Shown one piece after another: positions 57,758 through 64,000 of a stretch of 64,000 bases of DNA; the stretch's first letter is position 1, and each line of letters begins with the position of its first letter. A model generated the notes under the pieces. That model was given only the letters and a program-made list of their open reading frames with translations. It was not told the origin of the DNA and ran no database searches. Location: NCBI GenBank assembly GCA_015228925.1, contig JADGCQ010000001.1, positions 50,669 to 114,668 of the forward strand, written 5' to 3'. The DNA comes from Magnetococcales bacterium. Lineage in GTDB: Bacteria; Pseudomonadota; Magnetococcia; Magnetococcales; UBA8363. The position numbers were made by a program, and so were the translations under genes.

Positions 57758-59458
57758 ATGTTGAAAATTGATGTCACAGGATTTCGCGGGATAACTCAAG
57801 CGCAATTTGATGCGCCAAAAATCACGCTTTTGACTGGCCGGAACGCTGTTGGAAAATCATCAGTGCTGGCAGCGTTGGCGGCTGTCTTGTCGGGAGACAC
57901 AATGCCTGTCAGTGGCATGGACAAGAAAGGAAGCGGAGCAGCCTATGTGAATCGCAGGGCGTCAACCGCAAAAGTCAGCATCACAAAAGACGATGGAGCT
58001 ATCACATGCTCCTGGCCGGAAATGAAAATCCGTAGCGACGGTGAGCAGTTTGTGTGTGATGCACATGCCGCTGGCGTGGTCAGATTTTCAAGTCTCATTT
58101 CTTCCCGTGAGAGAGCCGGGTTTCTGGGGGAATACATCAAAGCAAATCCGACAAAAGAAGACCTGGAGAAAAATTTGATTGGAGCCGGGTTTGAACAAAA
58201 ATTTGTGGATACGCTTTGGAATGACATCGAGTTAAACCGTGATTGGGATGTGATGTACAACACTTGGACCGAGCAGGGGCGTGCTGCAAAGAATCGTTGG
58301 CAAACTATCGCCGGGGAAGCTTACGGGTCAAAGAAAGCCGAATCGTGGCTCCCAAAAGGTGCGGACCACTCAATTATTGGCGCGTCACAACAAGAAGCCG
58401 ATCAAGCCGTGAAGGACGCAGAAGCGGCCCTGGAGAAAGCAATCGCAGCAAAAGCTGTGTCTGCCGATGTCGTGGACAGGTACGAAACTCTGGCAAAAAA
58501 AGTCCCGGACCTTAAAATCAGCATCTCCAATATTGAAAAGGTCGTTGAGGCATTAAAGCTCAACATTGATGCGTTGGAGACAGAAAGAAACAGCATTCCC
58601 ACCAGCAAATTGCCCACGAACTCTGGGGCTTGCCCCCATTGCGGATTGGCCATCGCTTTTGAAAAGTCAGCAAGCGGTTATGCCGTGTCCAAAACGGTGG
58701 AAGTTTCACCGGATGAGTTGGGTCTGCGACAGGCAGCCATAACCGTTTGCAACGACAAGATTGCGGATGCCAGAGCCGAGATGAACTTGCAGATCAAAAA
58801 TCAACGTAATTTGTCAGCAGCATACCGGGAAGCGAAAGGCGCGGAAGACCAGCTTGCAGAAATCCGGGCAAAAGGATCGACGGGGGGTGAAGGCGATGTT
58901 GATGCTGCCCGTCTTGCAAAAGACATTGCAGTTGAGTTCGCCAAGAACATCAGGAAAAAGAACGAAGCCGACACCTTCCATAGGGATGTTCAAATTATCG
59001 CTCTCATCGTCAAAGCCCTTGCGCCGGATGGCGTGAGAGCATGGAAGATGCAGATTGCTCTTGAAGATTTCAACTCTGCCTTGGCCAACGCTTCAACCGT
59101 AGCCGGATGGGGCAAAGTATCCGTCAACAGCGAGATGTTGATGCACTTTGAGACAATCTACGGCGACCTTCCGTATTTTGCTCTTTCCACGTCGGAAAAA
59201 ATGCGTGCCGATCTGGTCATGCAGATCACCCTGGCAGCGTACTCAAAAGCCGAAATCGTGCTTATGGATGGCGTCGAAATTCTGGACAACGCCAACGGAC
59301 GCCGGGGGCTTTTCCGTCTGCTGAACAACGCCCGCCACTCCACCATCGTGGGGATGACGACAAACAATCTTGAAAAAGATCCCCCACCGGATCTGGCAGC
59401 ATTGAAACTTGGTCAAACATTTTGGGTTCAGGACGGCACGGTTTCAAGTTATCCGTGA
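57758..59458 (+). CDS. SMC/Rad50/SbcC-like ATPase (566 aa) with central CxxC hook-like motif
   Basis: Walker A GRNAVGKSS. Coiled-coil middle interrupted by GACPHCG (58631-58642). Signature-like LSTSEK. Walker B/D-loop EIVLMDGVEILD. Confidence 0.7.
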   Translation: MLKIDVTGFRGITQAQFDAPKITLLTGRNAVGKSSVLAALAAVLSGDTMPVSGMDKKGSGAAYVNRRASTAKVSITKDDGAITCSWPEMKIRSDGEQFVCDAHAAGVVRFSSLISSRERAGFLGEYIKANPTKEDLEKNLIGAGFEQKFVDTLWNDIELNRDWDVMYNTWTEQGRAAKNRWQTIAGEAYGSKKAESWLPKGADHSIIGASQQEADQAVKDAEAALEKAIAAKAVSADVVDRYETLAKKVPDLKISISNIEKVVEALKLNIDALETERNSIPTSKLPTNSGACPHCGLAIAFEKSASGYAVSKTVEVSPDELGLRQAAITVCNDKIADARAEMNLQIKNQRNLSAAYREAKGAEDQLAEIRAKGSTGGEGDVDAARLAKDIAVEFAKNIRKKNEADTFHRDVQIIALIVKALAPDGVRAWKMQIALEDFNSALANASTVAGWGKVSVNSEMLMHFETIYGDLPYFALSTSEKMRADLVMQITLAAYSKAEIVLMDGVEILDNANGRRGLFRLLNNARHSTIVGMTTNNLEKDPPPDLAALKLGQTFWVQDGTVSSYP

Positions 59459-59460
59459 CC

Positions 59461-59637
59461 ATGATGAAGGATCAGCGGTGGGATTTATCCGATCCCACCG
59501 CCACCCATACAAACAATTCAATATTTAAGGTCAGGAAAATGGAAAAATGCAACCCATTATTGCTCTTATTGTCTCTTTCTCTGGTCGCGTATTTATTGTT
59601 TTACGACATTATCCCGCAATTCCTGAGATTTTCATGA
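59461..59637 (+). CDS. Small membrane protein candidate (58 aa)
   Basis: ATG 3 nt after the ATPase stop. C-terminal hydrophobic helix PLLLLLSLSLVAYLLFY. Confidence 0.3.
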   Translation: MMKDQRWDLSDPTATHTNNSIFKVRKMEKCNPLLLLLSLSLVAYLLFYDIIPQFLRFS

Positions 59638-59675
59638 TCAGCAGGTATGACACACGTTAAAGATGGAGGAAATCA

Positions 59676-59822
59676 ATGAAAAAAGAAATGGTTGAAATCA
59701 GCAAAGAAGAACTCGACGAATTGCGGTGGGATTCTCTGGTCATGAAAGCCCTACGCGCTGCCGGGGTGGATAATTGGGATGGGTTCGATGAGGCAATAAG
59801 CAACCTGCCTGATAATCTTTAA
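59676..59822 (+). CDS. Small acidic protein (48 aa; below the ORF-track cut-off)
   Basis: GGAGGA RBS 5 nt upstream. MKKEMVEISKEELDELRWDSLVMKALRAAGVDNWDGFDEAISNLPDNL. Confidence 0.35.
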   Translation: MKKEMVEISKEELDELRWDSLVMKALRAAGVDNWDGFDEAISNLPDNL

Positions 59823-59856
59823 ATTTTCCGTTCAACAGATTAAAGGAGAACTTTAC

Positions 59857-60144
59857 ATGGATAACGCATCTTGCGCGAGCAACACCGTCAATGCAGACGA
59901 GAATCCAATTCAAGACATTGATCCGGGTTATTTGCAAGCTGTTGTTGACAGGATTGAAAGGCTTGAAGAAGAAAAATCCGAAACGGCCACCGCCATCCGG
60001 GATGTTTACAGCGAAGCGAAGGGCAATGGTTTCGACCCAAAAGTCATCCGGGAGATTATCCGGTTGCGGAAGCAAGATCCCCACGAACTGGACGAGCAAG
60101 AGGCGATTCTGCACCTGTACAAACAGGCTTTGGGGATGGGGTGA
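59857..60144 (+). CDS. gapR: GapR / DUF2312 (UPF0335) nucleoid-associated protein homologue
   Basis: AAGGAG RBS. ...LQAVVDRIERLEEEKSETATAIRDVYSEAKGNGFDPKVIREIIRLRKQDPHELDEQEAILHLYKQALGM is near-canonical DUF2312. Confidence 0.85.
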   Translation: MDNASCASNTVNADENPIQDIDPGYLQAVVDRIERLEEEKSETATAIRDVYSEAKGNGFDPKVIREIIRLRKQDPHELDEQEAILHLYKQALGMG

Positions 60145-60148
60145 GGCT

Positions 60149-60649
60149 ATGGAGATTTTTGGATATTGTGAGGGAAATGTGTGCCGCAGGAACGGGTGTG
60201 ATGGGATCATGGAATGGATCCGCCCAAGAGGCGGGTGTTCCTGTCATCTGTGCGCCCCGTGTAGCGACAACTGTTCAAATCCAAAAGTCAAATGTCCGAA
60301 ATGTCGGCATGACACAAGCGATCCGGTTGATGCTGGGCTAGATGCGTGTTTAACGATGATTTTGGAAGAACCTGCACTCAAGCAAGAGGGGATCGAACGT
60401 GGGATTATGAAATGTCCCTCTGGCTGCCTGTATGGATTCTTGGAGATGGGATCGGCCCCCATACCTGACCATGAGTCGTTTTTACGACGGCTTCTTACCG
60501 GCGAGAGTTTTTTTAATTATATCCGGTGTTTGGCTTGTGGGTTTGGCGAAGAAAGCAAGGAACACCCGGACCTTGGGAAAGATGCGGCTTTGAAGACATG
60601 GAATCGCCTTGTGACCGAGGAGATCAATAAACAGGATTTGGGGATGTGA
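60149..60649 (+). CDS. Cys-rich (multi-CxxC) protein (166 aa)
   Basis: ATG 5 nt after the gapR stop. ...CEGNVCRRNGCDG...CSCHLCAPCSDNC...KCPKCRH... Confidence 0.45.
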   Translation: MEIFGYCEGNVCRRNGCDGIMEWIRPRGGCSCHLCAPCSDNCSNPKVKCPKCRHDTSDPVDAGLDACLTMILEEPALKQEGIERGIMKCPSGCLYGFLEMGSAPIPDHESFLRRLLTGESFFNYIRCLACGFGEESKEHPDLGKDAALKTWNRLVTEEINKQDLGM

Positions 60650-60654
60650 AGAGT

Positions 60655-60795
60655 ATGAATATTTCAGTAGATGAACCAGTTTGTGATTGCAGTTGGGAAA
60701 AAGATGACCCCACTTGCGAAATCTGTAAACACTATCCGGTTTGTCCAAAATGTGGTGATCGTACCCCACCAGATTGGATTCATCTTTGTTCATGA
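60655..60795 (+). CDS. Small Cys-rich protein (46 aa; below the ORF-track cut-off)
   Basis: MNISVDEPVCDCSWEKDDPTCEICKHYPVCPKCGDRTPPDWIHLCS. ATGA overlap with the next gene at 60792-60795. Confidence 0.35.
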   Translation: MNISVDEPVCDCSWEKDDPTCEICKHYPVCPKCGDRTPPDWIHLCS

Positions 60796-61037
60796 CCACA
60801 CCAACAACCGCCCACGAGTTTATTGCCATCTATAAAAAATGGCCGTGGGATTTTAAATACGGGGAACCCCACGAAGGCAGGAAAACTTTGATCCCTGAGA
60901 TTTGCCACAGGACATTTTCTCACTGGTGTCCTGAATGCGGTCGATGGGCAGAAGCCGGGATGGGGTTCGATCCCAAAAAGGGAAAGTTGGGGAAATGGTA
61001 TTGCTCGCTGCATATCCCAACGTGCTGGGCGATGTAG
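60792..61037 (+). CDS. Hypothetical Cys/His-containing protein (81 aa)
   Basis: Translationally coupled to the upstream ORF. ...HWCPECGRW...WYCSLH... Confidence 0.4.
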   Translation: MTTPTTAHEFIAIYKKWPWDFKYGEPHEGRKTLIPEICHRTFSHWCPECGRWAEAGMGFDPKKGKLGKWYCSLHIPTCWAM

Positions 61038-61116
61038 CCAGAAAAGTTTGTGTATCGTAAAACGCAATTTATGAGACACAAAATCGTTTGTGGCTCACAG
61101 GATGAACACAAGGAGC

Positions 61117-61437
61117 ATGGAAATGGAAAGGCAGATAGACAGATTGAAAATTGTAATCGCCAGGAATCTAAAGACTGGAGAATGGCTCCTGTTGGATATT
61201 GACGGTAGAGCGAACATTTCCACAAAAGACGAAGATTCTGGCGAAATTAAACAAACTTTAATTAGCAATTCTGACGCAGAAGCTTTCCTGTTCAATGATA
61301 GAACAGTGGTTGATACCCATTTTGCAGCTTGCGCTGTAATGAAACGACACAGTTTGTTCCCTGTTCTTTTGGATCAGGCAATGAGGGCCATAGTCACCGA
61401 AACGATCACTAAGAGGATACAGAAAATTGAAGCGTAA
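61117..61437 (+). CDS. Hypothetical protein (106 aa) ending in the first copy of a degenerate tandem duplication
   Basis: AAGGAG RBS before the ATG at 61117. The C-terminal FPVLLDQAMRAIVTETITKRIQKIEA recurs downstream. Confidence 0.4.
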   Translation: MEMERQIDRLKIVIARNLKTGEWLLLDIDGRANISTKDEDSGEIKQTLISNSDAEAFLFNDRTVVDTHFAACAVMKRHSLFPVLLDQAMRAIVTETITKRIQKIEA

Positions 61438-61621
61438 GAGGCTACAGAAAATTGAAGTGGTGTTGTTCCCTGTTCTTTTGGATCAGGCAATGATGGCCAT
61501 AGCCACCGAAACGATCACTAAGAGGCTACAGAAAATTGAAGCGGGGTTGTTCACTTTTCATTCGGAGCAAGTAATGAGGGCCATAGCCACCGAAACGATC
61601 ACTAAGAAAATAAATGAATAA
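61427..61621 (+). pseudogene. Out-of-frame duplicated 3' segments of the preceding gene (copies 2 and 3)
   Basis: Copy 2 starts 109 bp after copy 1 (61463 vs 61354), so it is in the +1 frame. It encodes FPVLLDQAMMAIATETITKRLQKIEA and then a diverged EQVMRAIATETITKKINE. Confidence 0.3.
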
Positions 61622-61631
61622 AGGTGAAACA

Positions 61632-61985
61632 ATGAACAGTGATTTGAAAGAGAGAATAATTTCCGTATTGGAAGCATATGCAACTGTCCACAGGGAAAAT
61701 ATTGTTTTGTGTCATGGTTTTCCTGAATCTGTAAAAGAATGGGAAGAATCATATTTAACAATTGAAACACTAATCTCAGAAGTCGAAGCTTTGCAAACGT
61801 CGATTGAATCCGCCAGAGCAACTTGCCTGACAGCCGGTGTGGACGTTCAAAAGGATGGTATTTTAATCGGTATTCCCCATGGAGAACCATCGTTGCAACC
61901 TGACGACATAACATGGTTTGACGATAAAACATGGTCGGAATTTCTTGCAACATTGTCGGAAGCTGAGGCCGAAAAACTTTTTTAG
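61632..61985 (+). CDS. Hypothetical protein (117 aa)
   Basis: AAGGTGA RBS. ATG at 61632, with 61614 as an alternative. Confidence 0.4.
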   Translation: MNSDLKERIISVLEAYATVHRENIVLCHGFPESVKEWEESYLTIETLISEVEALQTSIESARATCLTAGVDVQKDGILIGIPHGEPSLQPDDITWFDDKTWSEFLATLSEAEAEKLF

Positions 61986-62069
61986 AACAATCAGTACGCC
62001 TATCGGAATATAAAATTTGCGGCAGCCGGGAATAATCATCACCTACTTCCACGAAATGATGAGGGACAA

Positions 62070-62528
62070 ATGGACGACATCACTTTCTACCGATCCAGCG
62101 ACAAGCCTTATGGGGCATTCAGCAATCTTTACCAGCGGGAAATGTTTTTTGAAGGAGAAAAATTTCCGACCGCAGAACACGCCTATCAAGCCGGGAAGCC
62201 ACGAAAGAAAGAGGTTCGTGACTGGCTGATGGCATCCCCGTCCCCCTCCCTGCTGGCCATGGCCGCACACGGACTCTACTCGTGGGACATCGCTCCAAAC
62301 TGGAGCCAGATAAAATTTGACCGGATGGGCGTCGTCCTGTTTGCCAAATTTGCCCAGCACCAGGACTTGGCCGACTTGCTCCTGTCTACCGGCGATGCAC
62401 GTCTGGTTGAGTCGGCCACGGTTGATAATGCAGTCAACCGGCTGTGGGGAGAGGTCAACGGCAAGGGCAAAAATATGCTAGGGCTGATCCTGATGGAAGT
62501 CAGAGAACTGATAAGACGTAAGACGTGA
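62070..62528 (+). CDS. NADAR (YbiA / DUF1768) family protein
   Basis: ...YGAFSNLY...FPTAEHAYQAGK...AKFAQHQDLADLLLSTGDARLVE...WGEVNGKGKNMLGLILMEVRE aligns motif for motif with E. coli YbiA as I recall it. Confidence 0.85.
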   Translation: MDDITFYRSSDKPYGAFSNLYQREMFFEGEKFPTAEHAYQAGKPRKKEVRDWLMASPSPSLLAMAAHGLYSWDIAPNWSQIKFDRMGVVLFAKFAQHQDLADLLLSTGDARLVESATVDNAVNRLWGEVNGKGKNMLGLILMEVRELIRRKT

Positions 62529-62544
62529 TGCGTGAAATGAACGA

Positions 62545-62808
62545 TCAATGCGGAAAGAAGGATTTCAGGATGAGAGCCATCACGCCAGCCAGTTGGATGC
62601 CCATCATCCATTTAAGAAGCACCAAATCTGTACGGATGGGGGCGAGTTCTTTTTCCAATTTTGACTCCGTAACGAGGTTATTCAACGACATCTCGTTAAC
62701 TTCCGCTTGCGCTTCTGCCATGGCTTCGGCCTGCTGTCCCGGAACTCCAGCGGCCTTGAGGCGGTTAGCATACTTGAGCGTGTCGAAGGTAACAGCGGCA
62801 GAAGTCAT
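62545..62808 (-). CDS. DUF1640-like membrane-anchored protein, short paralogue of 55779..56294
   Basis: GGAG RBS. MTSAAVTFDTLKYANRLKAAGVPGQQAEAMAEAQAE... C-terminal helix WMMGIQLAGVMALILKSFF. Counter-oriented single gene. Confidence 0.6.
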   Translation of the reverse strand: MTSAAVTFDTLKYANRLKAAGVPGQQAEAMAEAQAEVNEMSLNNLVTESKLEKELAPIRTDLVLLKWMMGIQLAGVMALILKSFFPH

Positions 62809-62940
62809 GGTCAATTCTCCAGGGCAGCAAGTGACGGACAACCATAGCCTACCACACATTCCGAATAAGAAGGCAAAAAATCCTGTTTACACCACCCGCC
62901 ACCCTGGCGCAACCGCACCACAACCAACACGAGGATCACT

Positions 62941-63174
62941 ATGAACGCAACATCCAGGCTTAATGGTCGTTTTGGGATTACCTTTTGGGTTCCCGCTCCA
63001 CAGAGAAAACAAGTCACGGTCAGCATTGATGTGCTTGGGGATTTTACACATTGCCTCCCCATCCTGAGCAGAATCGGCATTGAAATGTCAAAAATCGACT
63101 TCGAGGAAGTGTTGCCTTCCGAAAGCGAGATTACATCTGCCCCTGGGGTTTGGGTTTATAGGGAAACCCAATAA
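62941..63174 (+). CDS. Hypothetical protein (77 aa)
   Basis: GAGGA RBS. Followed by an 11-bp perfect inverted repeat, gccccttgcca/tggcaaggggc, at 63191-63223. Confidence 0.35.
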   Translation: MNATSRLNGRFGITFWVPAPQRKQVTVSIDVLGDFTHCLPILSRIGIEMSKIDFEEVLPSESEITSAPGVWVYRETQ

Positions 63175-63256
63175 AACTGTAACTGATCGCGCCCCTTGCC
63201 ATCGCGTTTGGTTGGCAAGGGGCATGGCCCTTCTTCCCTGTTACAAGGAAACCATC

Positions 63257-63745
63257 ATGAATAGAACCCACACCGATCCGAACAATGACATCATCACCAC
63301 CAAAGATCGTATCGCCATCATCATCATCAAAGATGGCATCCCCACCACCACATCCCTGGCCATTGCCTCTGGAACCTCGACGCAACACGAAACCGTCCTG
63401 AATCTGATCAGCACCCACAAAACTGATTTGGAGACATTTGGAATGGTCGCGTTTGGAACGCTATCCTTTGAAATCTATGGTGGAACTCAAAAAACAGAAT
63501 TCGCCTACCTCAACGAACGCCAGTCCACCATCATCCTGACCTACATAAAGAACACTACCATCAGCCGGGAGTTCAAGATCCGGTTGAACAAGGCATTCTA
63601 TAAAATGGCTGGGGCGCAACGAAGCCATCCCAACCTAGACATGATTCAAAGCATGATCGACAAATCGGTGAATCAGGCGATTACGGTTGGCTTGGGCAAG
63701 TTAATCGCCAGGATGGTGGCAAAACTAGGTTGCTGTCACGGTTGA
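63257..63745 (+). CDS. Rha-family phage regulatory protein
   Basis: AAGGA RBS before the ATG at 63257. ...IPTTTSLAIASGTSTQHETVLNLI..H..DLE.FG...F......GGTQKTEFAYLNERQSTIILTY... fits the Phage_pRha pattern. Confidence 0.65.
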   Translation: MNRTHTDPNNDIITTKDRIAIIIIKDGIPTTTSLAIASGTSTQHETVLNLISTHKTDLETFGMVAFGTLSFEIYGGTQKTEFAYLNERQSTIILTYIKNTTISREFKIRLNKAFYKMAGAQRSHPNLDMIQSMIDKSVNQAITVGLGKLIARMVAKLGCCHG

Positions 63746-63785
63746 TGCCCAACTGAAAGACGATCCCCGTGTTGCCATCGAAGCG

Positions 63786-64000
63786 ATGAAATCGGCCAAG
63801 CAGATTCTCGACTCGGAAAAAGTTCCATCAAAAGGTCGCCGTGGTTTGGTTCTGAAGGCCAGCCACAGCCTGTTGGATTTCTGTCTTCAAACGACGGGGG
63901 CTACTGCAAAACGATGCGCACGCACCAGAACTTGGCTGTTCCCAATTGAAGTGATCAACCAATGGTTGAAACTGGTTGGCCGAACCCTGATTGCAGACCA
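63786..64000 (+). CDS. Partial ORF running off the right edge (or a frameshifted continuation of the Rha gene)
   Basis: A different frame opens at 63729 and stays open to the window end (..VDAQLKDDPRVAIEAMKSAKQILDSEKVPSKGRRGLVLKASHSLLDF...). Its first ATG is at 63786. Confidence 0.25.
   Translation, partial: MKSAKQILDSEKVPSKGRRGLVLKASHSLLDFCLQTTGATAKRCARTRTWLFPIEVINQWLKLVGRTLIAD

Larger units (their letters stand above)
1..64000. mobile_element. Tailed-phage (likely temperate) genome segment / prophage; the window lies entirely inside the element
   Basis: Contiguous lambda-type packaging/head module, tail module, lysis, replication, cI-like repressor and recombination genes. Long same-strand operons show ATGA/TGATG start-stop overlaps. 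No host housekeeping genes, rRNA or tRNA seen. Confidence 0.9.

Overview
The whole 64-kb window reads as one tailed-phage genome segment, probably temperate (prophage or episome). I saw no host housekeeping genes. Minus strand, 29030 down to 1: a ParB-domain/DNA-methyltransferase fusion; small and large (lambda GpA-type) terminase; gpW-like protein; lambda-type portal; S49 protease/scaffold; gpD-like decoration protein; gpE-like major capsid; connector genes. These are followed by an unusual ~4.7-kb block of fibre-like and beta-rich genes, a tail-terminator-like gene, the tail tube, and G/GT chaperones with a readable -1 frameshift site. The module ends with a 2179-aa tape measure carrying 774-bp macro-repeats and at least 9 distal tail genes that run off the left edge. 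29.0-30.1 kb is a ~1-kb non-coding hub holding a 15-copy iteron array. Plus strand, 30.1-37.2 kb: an accessory or early-looking operon with three DUF3489-like proteins, a DUF932-like protein and tandem small paralogues. 37.3-39.5 kb (-): a lysis cassette with an SLT-type endolysin, a class-3 lipase and a single-TMD protein. 41.1-42.06 kb is gene-free and contains (TA)n, TTTGTTAC repeats and ~450 bp of AnTn tracts; it abuts a minus-strand replication operon (primase-helicase, VRR-NUC, Mor-like, DEAH helicase). A cI-like repressor sits at 48.4 kb. Downstream plus-strand operons encode a Cas4-like nuclease, RHH-like proteins, RecT, a Rad50-like ATPase with a CxxC hook, a GapR homologue, a NADAR (YbiA-like) protein and Rha. 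Three counter-oriented moron-like insertions interrupt them. In-frame minisatellites occur in many unrelated genes. The family content (GapR/DUF2312, DUF3489, DUF1640, DUF6456-like) suggests an alphaproteobacterial host; this is inference only. I could not support any rRNA, tRNA, CRISPR array, integrase or transposase. All family names come from reading motifs by eye, not from database searches. Start codons were refined by eye from RBS and overlap context and may be off.
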